Source: a virus. Taken from it: DNA of 64,000 nucleotides. The position numbers and the translations under genes are program-made. The stretch is taken from positions 15,594 through 79,593 of the IMG/VR virus record IMGVR_UViG_3300029267_001718; one strand, given 5' to 3'. The notes under the pieces are model-generated. The model saw only the letters and a program-made list of their open reading frames with translations, did not search any database and was not told the DNA's origin. Numbering within the stretch: position 1 is the stretch's first letter; the number at the start of each line of letters is the position of its first letter. Positions 39,439-47,755 of the stretch are shown here, piece by piece.

Positions 39439-39819
39439 ATGAAAAGCGAACACGAAAAAGCGACTGAACTGCACGCGAAACTCGCCGAAATCGTCAGCGG
39501 CGAACTCGCCAAAACAGTGCCGGTCATTTGCACGGATCGACACATCCCCCGCAAGGAACAGGCCAAACTCGCACGCAAACTTTTCAAGATCCTCGGAATC
39601 AGAGGCGTCAGCGTTCGCACGCCGAACTACTCAATGGCCCGAGTGGTTGACGTGAGACTCCCGCAACTCGGCGATGACGTGGAACGGGAAGCACGACGCA
39701 AGGCGAATTGGGAAGCACGTTGTCGGATGAAGGATGTGTTGGAATTCGCATTCCCTTGCCACGATGACCGCAGCGACCCGATGACAGACTATTTCGATCA
39801 TTGCTGGTCGATTGACTAG
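39439..39819 (+). CDS. LPD29-like (large polyvalent protein-associated) domain protein
   Basis: AKLARK....G...VSVR...YS....DV...DRSDPMTDYF. Confidence 0.5.
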   Translation: MKSEHEKATELHAKLAEIVSGELAKTVPVICTDRHIPRKEQAKLARKLFKILGIRGVSVRTPNYSMARVVDVRLPQLGDDVEREARRKANWEARCRMKDVLEFAFPCHDDRSDPMTDYFDHCWSID

Positions 39820-39859
39820 GAAACCAACTATCACCACCTTCACCACACGGGAGCTAACA

Positions 39860-40048
39860 ATGGCACAGCACATCGACACGAACGCACGCGGGATCAGCGT
39901 TGTCACCCCCGCACAACTCTTCGGTCCTCCGCCCGAGCCTGCACCGACTTATGAGGAAGTCTTGGCGATGGGATACCCACGCAACTGGGAGTACATGCAG
40001 GGTATCAAACCTATCGATTGGGAACGTTCACAGGAGTTGCCACGATGA
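39860..40048 (+). CDS. Hypothetical protein
   Basis: CACCAC...CGGGAG leader. Confidence 0.5.
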   Translation: MAQHIDTNARGISVVTPAQLFGPPPEPAPTYEEVLAMGYPRNWEYMQGIKPIDWERSQELPR

Positions 40049-40546
40049 CCGTCAAAACAACATACGAGTGGGACTGCGAACTAGTCGACGAGCACGGCGA
40101 CATTCAGGATCACAATCACTTCGATAAGCTGGTGGATGCGTTAGCCTACCAACGCGAGCATGACGGCGACGGCGGAGCGATCTCCATCGTCCTCGTGCGT
40201 GACACGGTTGCGTGACACGGTCTGCGAGTTTGATGGGCTTATCCAGCGGTTCTGGGCGTACGTGGAGAATGGCGTGCTGCCGGATGTCATGTATTCGGCG
40301 GACGACTCCGAGACGAACACGCCCAAGCGATATCTCCGCGAGGCCGAACGCGAACTTCCCCTGCCGAAACTCTCGGAGGTTCTGGAGGCTCTGGGGTACA
40401 CTCACGAGCGAGCCGGGGAACACACCTACGCTCACTACATCTACAAGGACGGAGAGCACGTATTCACGGGTACAGCGGCGGATGTGTGGGAGTGGCTTGT
40501 CGAACGCGGTGAATCGAAGAACGGGAGACCATATCCGAATGGCTAA
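40045..40546 (+). pseudogene. Hypothetical gene split by a 13-bp tandem duplication
   Basis: TGCGTGACACGGT x2 at 40196-40221; removing one copy joins ...IVLVRDTV to CEFDGLIQRFWAYV... Confidence 0.7.
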
Positions 40547-40877
40547 ACGTTACGGCGTTGCCGATCTGATTGGAGTTGGTGGAATGCAATACCGCAGACT
40601 GAAGAAAAAATGTTGCGAACTTGGCGTGCTGCTGTTCATCGACGAGCACGCCCGAACGTTGGCAGCGGAAGCCCCGACAGGATTTTGTTTTGACGCACAC
40701 GGGGCACACGTCCTAGAACATAACTATTCGCTCAAGAGTCCCTTAGCGGATGCGGTGGCGAGAATGCTCTTGGATGTGACTCACGGGCTAGTCTCTTGTC
40801 CTGTGGGTGACTCGTGTACGTTCTGTGGTGATTCGACTCGATTTCAAGAAAAGCGAGGGGACCGATGCCTGACTTAA
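40539..40877 (+). CDS. Hypothetical protein
   Basis: GGAG RBS; C-terminal CP...C.FC. Confidence 0.45.
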   Translation: MAKRYGVADLIGVGGMQYRRLKKKCCELGVLLFIDEHARTLAAEAPTGFCFDAHGAHVLEHNYSLKSPLADAVARMLLDVTHGLVSCPVGDSCTFCGDSTRFQEKRGDRCLT

Positions 40878-41179
40878 CCGAGCAAACCTTCTGGGCGTGC
40901 CAAACGGCGATTGAATGGTCTACAGTAGTCGTCGGAAGCACGGGCGATAATCACGTGGTTCGTTGGGGGTTCACGCCCGAAGGCGATACCGAATATGCGT
41001 ACAGCTGCGATTGCAAGGGATTCAAATATCGCAAACGTTGTTCCCACGTTAAGCGGGCGAAGGAACGTCGCTGTGGGTGGACACAATTCGTGGACGGCGG
41101 CGAGCCTCACACGGTAGACGGGAAGCACTTCTGTCCCGAATGCGGTGGTCCGGTCGTTGCCCAAAGATTTGGAGTTTGA
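40865..41179 (+). CDS. SWIM zinc-finger protein
   Basis: SCDCKGFKYRKRCSH; extra CPECGG. Confidence 0.75.
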   Translation: MPDLTEQTFWACQTAIEWSTVVVGSTGDNHVVRWGFTPEGDTEYAYSCDCKGFKYRKRCSHVKRAKERRCGWTQFVDGGEPHTVDGKHFCPECGGPVVAQRFGV

Positions 41180-41180
41180 A

Positions 41181-41510
41181 ATGCTCTGTTCAATGTGCCA
41201 GCACGGAACCACTCAACACTGGAACTGCACTGAGTGCGGTGAGCGTCACTGCAAACACATTCGGTCTTGCTCGTGCAGCACGCCCGAGGAACGTGCAGCG
41301 TGGCACCACCCGGGGTGGGAATCGTTCGTTGAGTACATGAATCAATTCCCCTGCGTGGATCAGCATGACTGGGAGCAACTGGAGCCCCACTGGAATATGT
41401 GGGTCACGTCCTGGCAATATGCGATTAACTTTGCGGAAAGCCAGCAACCGCTATGCTGTCGTGGTAAGAAATGCGAGGGTTGCCGAAATCCCGATTGTCC
41501 TTTGGAGTAA
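41181..41510 (+). CDS. Cys-rich hypothetical protein
   Basis: GGAG RBS; multiple CxxC pairs. Confidence 0.5.
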   Translation: MLCSMCQHGTTQHWNCTECGERHCKHIRSCSCSTPEERAAWHHPGWESFVEYMNQFPCVDQHDWEQLEPHWNMWVTSWQYAINFAESQQPLCCRGKKCEGCRNPDCPLE

Positions 41511-41513
41511 ATC

Positions 41514-41720
41514 ATGTCGACTGACGTAGACGAGAATGGGTATGTCAAACGTGCATTCTTTCAAGGCCCGAAAAGGAGCATTTGGAAGATCTGCGATATG
41601 TTGGGCATTCCTCGGTGGGAAACCAAAAAGCGAATCCTGACGTTGAATGTCTTTCCTTCGGATCAGGTGACGCCGGAACAATTGCACGCGGCTCAAGAGG
41701 TTTGGCGAAACGAGGAATAA
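41514..41720 (+). CDS. Hypothetical protein
   Basis: GGAG RBS. Confidence 0.45.
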   Translation: MSTDVDENGYVKRAFFQGPKRSIWKICDMLGIPRWETKKRILTLNVFPSDQVTPEQLHAAQEVWRNEE

Positions 41721-41943
41721 TGATGTTTAGACTCGGTCGATTTCAACTGCAGCTTTGGCGGAACGACGACTGGCGATTCTGGCAAGTCCTGATTGGCAGG
41801 GACGGCATTCGCTACGGATGGTTGTCTTTGTACTTTGGGCGAGTTGGGGTATTCGTTGCCGTTTGGCGGTAGGTGTCCCCGGGGACACTGGAATTTTTTT
41901 TTGAGTCTCAAATGCGAGTGGGAAGTGAATTGTAAAAAATTTA

Positions 41944-41993
41944 GCCGATTTCGGTGAAATCGGGTTGACGCGGTCGCCGATACCGGCTATATT
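41944..41993 (+). promoter_or_regulatory. Early promoter with two operator boxes
   Basis: GCCGATTTCGGT at 41944; TTGACG(41965)-17 bp-TATATT with GCCGATACCGGC at 41976-41987. Confidence 0.85.
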
Positions 41994-42040
41994 TCAAACA
42001 TCGGAAACAAATTCCACACCACCAAAACGGGAGCGACACG

Positions 42041-42760
42041 ATGGAAATCACACTACGCGGGAAAACGATTGTCTCGGAACACAGCGACACTGAAGCGTGT
42101 GAACTGCTCGCCGATTGCAAAGGCGACTTCGCTGCTTCCCTCTACCGGCAATATCGCACGTCGAAGCGTGGGTTGTCGCAGAAGCAACTCGACTGGGTTC
42201 ATTTCCTCGTCTACGAAATGGAACACCCCACCCCCAAAGCCGACAAGATCGATTTGGGCGTCAGCCTCTCGGAACTCGTTGCACGTTTCGATCTGGCGGG
42301 CAGCAAACTCAAGTACCCGAAACTGCACTTCGATGTGGACGGGCAGCACGTGATGCTTGGTCGTGCTGGCAATCGGGCGAAGTTCCCGGGATCGCTGAAC
42401 ATCACCGATGGCGGACGTTACGGTGAGAACGAGTGGTTTGGCCGAATCCACCGCGATGGTCGTTTCGAACCGTCCCGAAAGTGCACCCCCGAAATCGTTG
42501 CGTTTCTGAAATTCTTTGCGGACGATCCCGAAGCGGCACTTCTCAAGCACGCCAAAACTGGCAACTGCCCGTTCTGCAATTCCAAGTTGTCCGATCCGAT
42601 CAGCGTCGTGCTCGGCTACGGTCGCACTTGCGGAAAAAACTGGGGACTGAAGTGGGGCAAAAAGTTGGCCGTCGCGGTCCTCAAAGCCGCTGGCAAATCG
42701 GACGATGAAATCGAATCCACGCTGAACCCCGAAGTGGCAACCGAGCCCGTCGCGGTCTAA
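42041..42760 (+). CDS. DUF6011-like Zn-binding domain protein
   Basis: TGNCPFCNSKLSDPISVVLGYGRTCGKNWG. Confidence 0.65.
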   Translation: MEITLRGKTIVSEHSDTEACELLADCKGDFAASLYRQYRTSKRGLSQKQLDWVHFLVYEMEHPTPKADKIDLGVSLSELVARFDLAGSKLKYPKLHFDVDGQHVMLGRAGNRAKFPGSLNITDGGRYGENEWFGRIHRDGRFEPSRKCTPEIVAFLKFFADDPEAALLKHAKTGNCPFCNSKLSDPISVVLGYGRTCGKNWGLKWGKKLAVAVLKAAGKSDDEIESTLNPEVATEPVAV

Positions 42761-42772
42761 CTGAAACTGATC

Positions 42773-42812
42773 GGACTGCCCCGAGCAAATGCCCGGGGCG
42801 GTCCTCTTGATT
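42773..42812 (+). terminator. Probable intrinsic terminator
   Basis: GGACTGCCCCGAGC-AAAT-GCCCGGGGCGGTCC followed by TCTTGATT. Confidence 0.55.
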
Positions 42813-42877
42813 CACGAGTTTACCTTTGATACGTTCGAACCTCTGGCTCACCATAACCAAACTAGGAGCGACGACAC

Positions 42878-43870
42878 ATGAGCGAAACTGAAACATCAAC
42901 GGAACTGATTCTCGGCAGCGGCGTAGCCGGGGACATTTGGGAGGGAACTGCTTCGACGTTCGTTCCCATGCTCAAGCAGGACATGCCGATTGCCGAACGC
43001 AAGGAAGCGGTGCGAAACATCCTGCACGCAAGCGGCGAGATCGACGACAAATTGAATCTTGTCGCGGGCGAAATGCTTTACGAGGTTCACGCCAACGAGT
43101 ATTGGAAAGACTGGACGATCACAGTCGACGGCGAGGATCGTCCGTACTCGTCTTTCGAGGAATACTGCGAAGTCGAACTGGCGATGAAAAAACGCAAGGC
43201 TTACACGCTGCGGCAAGTCTACGAGCGTTTCTGTGTCGAACTCGACATTCCTCTCGAAACCCTACGCGGGCTGCAGTGGACGAAGGCACGGGCGATCCTC
43301 CCGGTGGTCACTGATGAGAACTGGGAAGAACTTCTCGGCAAAATCAAAACGCTGTCGAAATCCGAAGTCGAAAAACTGGTCAAGTCGATGAAGGCGGACG
43401 ACGATGACGATGACGGCGAGCCCGATGAGCTAGCCCGCATCGCCTTCAAACTCCACCCCGAACAATTCGAAGTGGTCACGTCGGCACTGAAGGTTGCCGA
43501 GTCGATGAGCACGTCTGAAGTCCCGGGAAATCAACTCCATTTGATCTGTATGGATTTTATCTCGGGTGCAGCCGGAACGGGCTTAACAGGAGCCCTGGCG
43601 AAGCTGGACGTGGTTGTCAAAAACATCGAACGAGCGTTTGGTGTCGAACTCGAAATCAAGGGAGTCGACGAAGACCGCTATTCGGCGTTGAAGGGTGCGG
43701 CGGACGCGGAACCCATTGATACCACATCGACGGACGCCGAGCCCGACGAGGACGATACAGACGTTGTGGGCGATCTGGATGACGTGGACGACGAGGAACC
43801 GTCTGACACGGATCTGGAAAGCGTACTCGCCGACGCGGAAGCGGCTGAAGCCGCTTTGGGGGACGACTGA
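42878..43870 (+). CDS. HTH-type DNA-binding protein (DUF3102-like) with acidic tail
   Basis: GEMLYEV...YSSFEEYCEVELAMKKRKAY; AGGAG RBS. Confidence 0.5.
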   Translation: MSETETSTELILGSGVAGDIWEGTASTFVPMLKQDMPIAERKEAVRNILHASGEIDDKLNLVAGEMLYEVHANEYWKDWTITVDGEDRPYSSFEEYCEVELAMKKRKAYTLRQVYERFCVELDIPLETLRGLQWTKARAILPVVTDENWEELLGKIKTLSKSEVEKLVKSMKADDDDDDGEPDELARIAFKLHPEQFEVVTSALKVAESMSTSEVPGNQLHLICMDFISGAAGTGLTGALAKLDVVVKNIERAFGVELEIKGVDEDRYSALKGAADAEPIDTTSTDAEPDEDDTDVVGDLDDVDDEEPSDTDLESVLADAEAAEAALGDD

Positions 43871-43875
43871 TCTAT

Positions 43876-44037
43876 GGTTGCGAAGATGCCATTGCCGAGG
43901 ACGTGCAGTATTGGCGGTCGGGCGGTCCCCGAGCGTCGGGTAACGCTGACACGTTGGGCTAAGTGGAAGGGTGGTTTCCCGGGGCGGAGTGCACGCCAAA
44001 CCGGGGAGGTAGGCTGGATCTTCGCAACCTCTTTTTC
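43876..44037 (+). ncRNA. Candidate ~155-nt structured RNA
   Basis: Perfect 12-bp closing stem GGTTGCGAAGAT/ATCTTCGCAACC followed by TCTTTTT; internal helices CGTGC/GCACG, GTCGG..GCTGAC, GGAAG/TTTCC. Confidence 0.6.
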
Positions 44038-44042
44038 TACTT

Positions 44043-44340
44043 GCGAGGGTAGCTCAATTGGCTGTTCACGGAGGGCGGCGGTATTAGGGACGCTGAACCC
44101 GTTTGCCTCAAGGCTCACTGGTTATCATAGCCGATTCGTGAACGACGCGGTGCGGACTTCGGTAGAGAACGTTGATACTGCCACTCCGCCCAAGCCCAAT
44201 GAAAGTCCACGTGGTGACTGCGGGCGAGGGAGCCGTTGTGTGAGCACGGATTCGGAGCATACGAAACGGAAGAATCCCTCTTCCGTATTGCGTTACTGCT
44301 ACGGAAACGAGGTTGGAGGTTCGAGTCCTCCCCCTCGCAC
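44043..44340 (+). ncRNA. tRNA-like RNA with large insertions in D-loop and anticodon loop
   Basis: Acceptor GCGAGGG/CCCTCGC+A; TAGCTCAATTGG; GGTAGAG at 44161; CGTT/AACG stem; AGGTT variable loop; T-arm GGAGG-TTCGAGT-CCTCC. Confidence 0.75.
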
Positions 44341-44386
44341 TTTATTTTGAATTGAAACGCTTCACCATAGAACCGGAGTAGGAAAA

Positions 44387-45094
44387 ATGGCGATTGGCAG
44401 TGTATCGGATCTGCGGAAATACCTGGACGAGCGGGCACGTAAAACGAAGAAATTGCTCGATGAAATCTCTACGGCTCAATTGAAGCGAGCCAAAAGTTTC
44501 TGGACATTGATCTGGAAGCTCACTGATCTTTGGGACCACATTCAATCGGGTTATCGACACGAGGGCAAACAGGGGCAAGAACTTCGAATGCTCACATACA
44601 CTGCCTATCTCCGACAACTGAAGGGACGCGTCAACGAACCCGATGCTATGTGGGGGCGTCAGGTTTACAAGCGTTGGGTGTCGGACGCGGATCGGGATAC
44701 GATCCTTGAAGGGTGTACCCCCGAAGCGTTGCTGCTTGTGGAATCCAAACGTCCTGTGTGTCATCGGCGGAAGATCATCACGAGGTTGCGTGCTCACGTC
44801 AAACGTGGAGCAACGTTGGTGACGGAAGACACGGTGCGACGTTGGTGGCAAGGATACATCGACGGCGAAGCGTTGGCGGAAACTCCCCCGCACACAATCG
44901 GGGAGGACGATCCGGATGTGTGTGCGTTCAAAATTCGAAAGCGTCGTAGTTCGGTTCTGAACGAATTGGAAATTGCGGAGCGTGTGGTAGAATTGGCGAA
45001 GAAGCATCGGGCGTTGATCGCTTCGCTATTCGAACTCTACGGCGAGGATTGGCGAACGGCGAAATCAGTGAAGGCACCCGGGGACACAAAATGA
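44387..45094 (+). CDS. Hypothetical basic protein
   Basis: GGAG RBS; 235 aa. Confidence 0.55.
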   Translation: MAIGSVSDLRKYLDERARKTKKLLDEISTAQLKRAKSFWTLIWKLTDLWDHIQSGYRHEGKQGQELRMLTYTAYLRQLKGRVNEPDAMWGRQVYKRWVSDADRDTILEGCTPEALLLVESKRPVCHRRKIITRLRAHVKRGATLVTEDTVRRWWQGYIDGEALAETPPHTIGEDDPDVCAFKIRKRRSSVLNELEIAERVVELAKKHRALIASLFELYGEDWRTAKSVKAPGDTK

Positions 45095-45390
45095 AATACA
45101 CAGTCCGCGAGAATGCTGACCACACGCACACGTTGCTTCGATATCACAAGGAAGTGCCGCGATTGATTAACAACGCGGAGCTAGAATTCTGGTTTGAAAT
45201 CGAACGACTTCGTGAAGCACTGCAAGCGATTGCGGATCGTGGCGATCCACCCCCAGGACCGCGAGCGGCGGTGTGTGTAACGACCACAACTCTGGCGACG
45301 ATGGCGAAGCAAGCGTTGGCGGAAACAACGTTGTCGGTTCCAGACACAGATGAACGCGAAATTTCTGACGTTCGAATGGAAGGATTTTGA
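45091..45390 (+). CDS. Hypothetical protein
   Basis: ATGA coupling to the upstream gene. Confidence 0.4.
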   Translation: MKYTVRENADHTHTLLRYHKEVPRLINNAELEFWFEIERLREALQAIADRGDPPPGPRAAVCVTTTTLATMAKQALAETTLSVPDTDEREISDVRMEGF

Positions 45391-45907
45391 AATGCGGAAG
45401 GGATTGTTCGAAGAACTGACTGCGATCATGCCGAATACCGTCTATGTGTTTCAGGAACACCCGGGCGGATACGTTTGTGACAAACTCACGAAGCCCGACG
45501 AGGGCACAGAGTTCGAACGAAAACGATACCTCATCACGGGCGAAACGCAGTGCACTTGTTTGGGGTGGATGAAGTTTCGCGACTGCAAACATCTGAAGAT
45601 GCTCCGACGTGACATGAGTTGGGTCAAAAATCCCCCTCCGTTCTCTTTTGCAGTGGAGGAATTCGAACGACTCTTTGTTGAATTGCAGAAGCGATTCACA
45701 TCGTTCGCCGAACGGGATCTGCCCGACTTTCTTAGCGTGTTGGAAGACGCACATCCGGACACTGTTCGGGTGATGGAGTTGTGTTTTCCAGAGTCGGAAT
45801 ATCCGCCGAACATGGTGCTCGCGGTCTCCATAGCTAAGTGGTCCGAGGGTTACGATATGGCGATTGCGTGGGAAAAAATTTCGGCGGATTCTGAAGCCTC
45901 AGAATAA
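45350..45907 (+). CDS. SWIM zinc-finger protein
   Basis: QCTCLGWMKFRDCKH. Confidence 0.7.
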   Translation: MNAKFLTFEWKDFEMRKGLFEELTAIMPNTVYVFQEHPGGYVCDKLTKPDEGTEFERKRYLITGETQCTCLGWMKFRDCKHLKMLRRDMSWVKNPPPFSFAVEEFERLFVELQKRFTSFAERDLPDFLSVLEDAHPDTVRVMELCFPESEYPPNMVLAVSIAKWSEGYDMAIAWEKISADSEASE

Positions 45908-45958
45908 TTAAGCTTTGTTTTACGGGATTCAGAGGCCGGAAAATATTTTCGAAATTTC

Positions 45959-45999
45959 GCCGATATCGGCTTGATTTCTGAGCGAGGATGTGCGATAAT
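45959..45999 (+). promoter_or_regulatory. Promoter with perfect palindromic operator abutting the -35
   Basis: GCCGATATCGGC then TTGATT-17 bp-(TGn)GATAAT. Confidence 0.7.
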
Positions 46000-46080
46000 T
46001 CAATTATTGGAAAACGGGAAACGGGAAACAAAACCACCACGGGAAACAAAACCCACCACACCAAACCGGAGGATTTTACG

Positions 46081-47652
46081 ATGGCGAAAACAGACATGGC
46101 GAAACCGATCTACATTGGGTTCAAACTGGCGGAAAATCAGTACCACATTTTCCACGCGATTAGCTGGAAGGTACGCACCGAATATCGCATCAAACTGGAA
46201 GCCGGTAAGCCGACTTGCGGTTGTGCGTTGTTCCGTTTCGATGGCGGTTGCGATCACGCCGCATTAGTTGAACGTGACGCAACGGTTTTCGCGGGAGCGT
46301 GGGGCGATGACGATCTTGATGTCGACGCGTTTCGCTGGCAAGCCGAAGATCCCTACGCATTCGTTGCGTTTTTCGACAAAGCAGGGGATCGTTTCGGTGT
46401 CTTGCGTCCGAACGTCGGCAACCTCTCGCTGGAGGAAGCCCTGTCGCTGTTGAGCAACGGCACGATTCCAGCGGGGGCGGACACAGACGGCGTTTTGAAT
46501 CCGAATCGTCTCTACGCGGAAGCGGTCGAATCGTTCGACAAGGGAATCGACGTTTCGCATCGTGACGTGGTCGAAGCGGGCGAGGGGGCGGATGAACCTG
46601 TCGCCACTGACACAGCGGACGATGACGCGGACGATTTTGAGGAAGACGTGGTCGACGCTCCTGCGGTCGACACTCCCGCCGAGGAACCGAAACCCGAAAC
46701 GAAATCGGAACCCAAACCCAAGGCCAAAGCGGACCTACCGATCTGGCGACGGGTCAAGCGTCCGAATCCGAATCAGTTCTTTGTCGACAAGGATGTGTGG
46801 GAACAACTACTCTACAGCATGTGCAACGGTGGGAACGTTCTGCTGATCGGCGAGTCGGGATCGGGCAAGTCGGAATTGTGCTACATCGCAACCAAGGCTC
46901 TGCATCGCGAGTTGGCCAAAATTGCCGAAGCGATCACCGATGACAGCGAGCCCAAAAACGTTGAGCCGCTCGATCCGTACAACTGCGGTGCGATGTCGGA
47001 ACCCAGAACGGCACTGATCGGCAACGTCAAACTTCGCGGGGACAAGACCGAATTTGAGCCCGCACGTTTTGCGAAATCGGTGCAGCGTGACGGGGCAGCG
47101 ATCCTGTTGGATGAAATCACCCGGGCGGAGCGGGGAGCATTCAACATTCTCTTGCCGTTGTTGGATCGCCAAGGCTACTTGCCGTTGGATGAGGATGAGG
47201 GTGGCGGTGTCGTCAAACGGGGCGAGAAAGTCACGTTTCTCGCTACTGCGAACCTCGGAATGATCTACGGCGGAACGGACGAGTTGGACAAGGCTCTGAA
47301 GGATCGTTTCGACACGGTTATCGCTCTTGACTTCCCACCCGCAGACGCCGAGGCGAAGGTGCTCCTAGGTCGCTGCGAGGGTCTCACGCGAGCGGACGCG
47401 GATCGTCTGGTTGAAATTGCCACCACTCAGCGACGGTTGGCGGTCGACGGCGATTTCGCGGGCGGTGAGCAAATCTCGACTCGGATGCTTCTCAACGCGG
47501 GCGAAAAGATTGGGGCGGGCATGAGCTTCAATGCTGCCTGTCGGTTCTCGATTGCCAACGCGTTCAGCGACATGGGGGGCGAAACCTCGGATCGTGCGAA
47601 AATCCAGCAAATCATCCAAAAGGGTGACGTGGGCGAATCCTCTGGATTCTAG
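46081..47652 (+). CDS. MoxR/CobS-like AAA+ ATPase with N-terminal SWIM finger
   Basis: CGCALFRFDGGCDH; GESGSGKS; ILLDEITRA; LATAN; DKALKDRF; ISTRML. Confidence 0.88.
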   Translation: MAKTDMAKPIYIGFKLAENQYHIFHAISWKVRTEYRIKLEAGKPTCGCALFRFDGGCDHAALVERDATVFAGAWGDDDLDVDAFRWQAEDPYAFVAFFDKAGDRFGVLRPNVGNLSLEEALSLLSNGTIPAGADTDGVLNPNRLYAEAVESFDKGIDVSHRDVVEAGEGADEPVATDTADDDADDFEEDVVDAPAVDTPAEEPKPETKSEPKPKAKADLPIWRRVKRPNPNQFFVDKDVWEQLLYSMCNGGNVLLIGESGSGKSELCYIATKALHRELAKIAEAITDDSEPKNVEPLDPYNCGAMSEPRTALIGNVKLRGDKTEFEPARFAKSVQRDGAAILLDEITRAERGAFNILLPLLDRQGYLPLDEDEGGGVVKRGEKVTFLATANLGMIYGGTDELDKALKDRFDTVIALDFPPADAEAKVLLGRCEGLTRADADRLVEIATTQRRLAVDGDFAGGEQISTRMLLNAGEKIGAGMSFNAACRFSIANAFSDMGGETSDRAKIQQIIQKGDVGESSGF

Positions 47653-47661
47653 GAAATTTTA

Positions 47662-47711
47662 GCCGATTTCGGTGAATGGGTGTTGACTCGTTCGCCGATA
47701 CCGGCTATATT
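47662..47711 (+). promoter_or_regulatory. Early promoter with two operator boxes
   Basis: GCCGATTTCGGT at 47662; TTGACT(47683)-17 bp-TATATT with GCCGATACCGGC at 47694-47705. Confidence 0.85.
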
Positions 47712-47755
47712 TCACACAACGGGAAACGAACCACCACACAAACGGGAGCGACAAA

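Noticed and set aside
44043-44340. Calling the tRNA-like RNA a tmRNA, RNase P RNA or group I intron-containing tRNA
   Set aside because: No G3:U70 pair; GAAAGTCC and GGTAAC-like words are present but I could not assemble the RNase P P4 or a complete P3/P4/P7/P8 core; left open for a covariance-model search
43874-44350. 158-aa ORF across the RNA locus
   Set aside because: No clear RBS, no protein motifs, and it coincides with strong RNA structure
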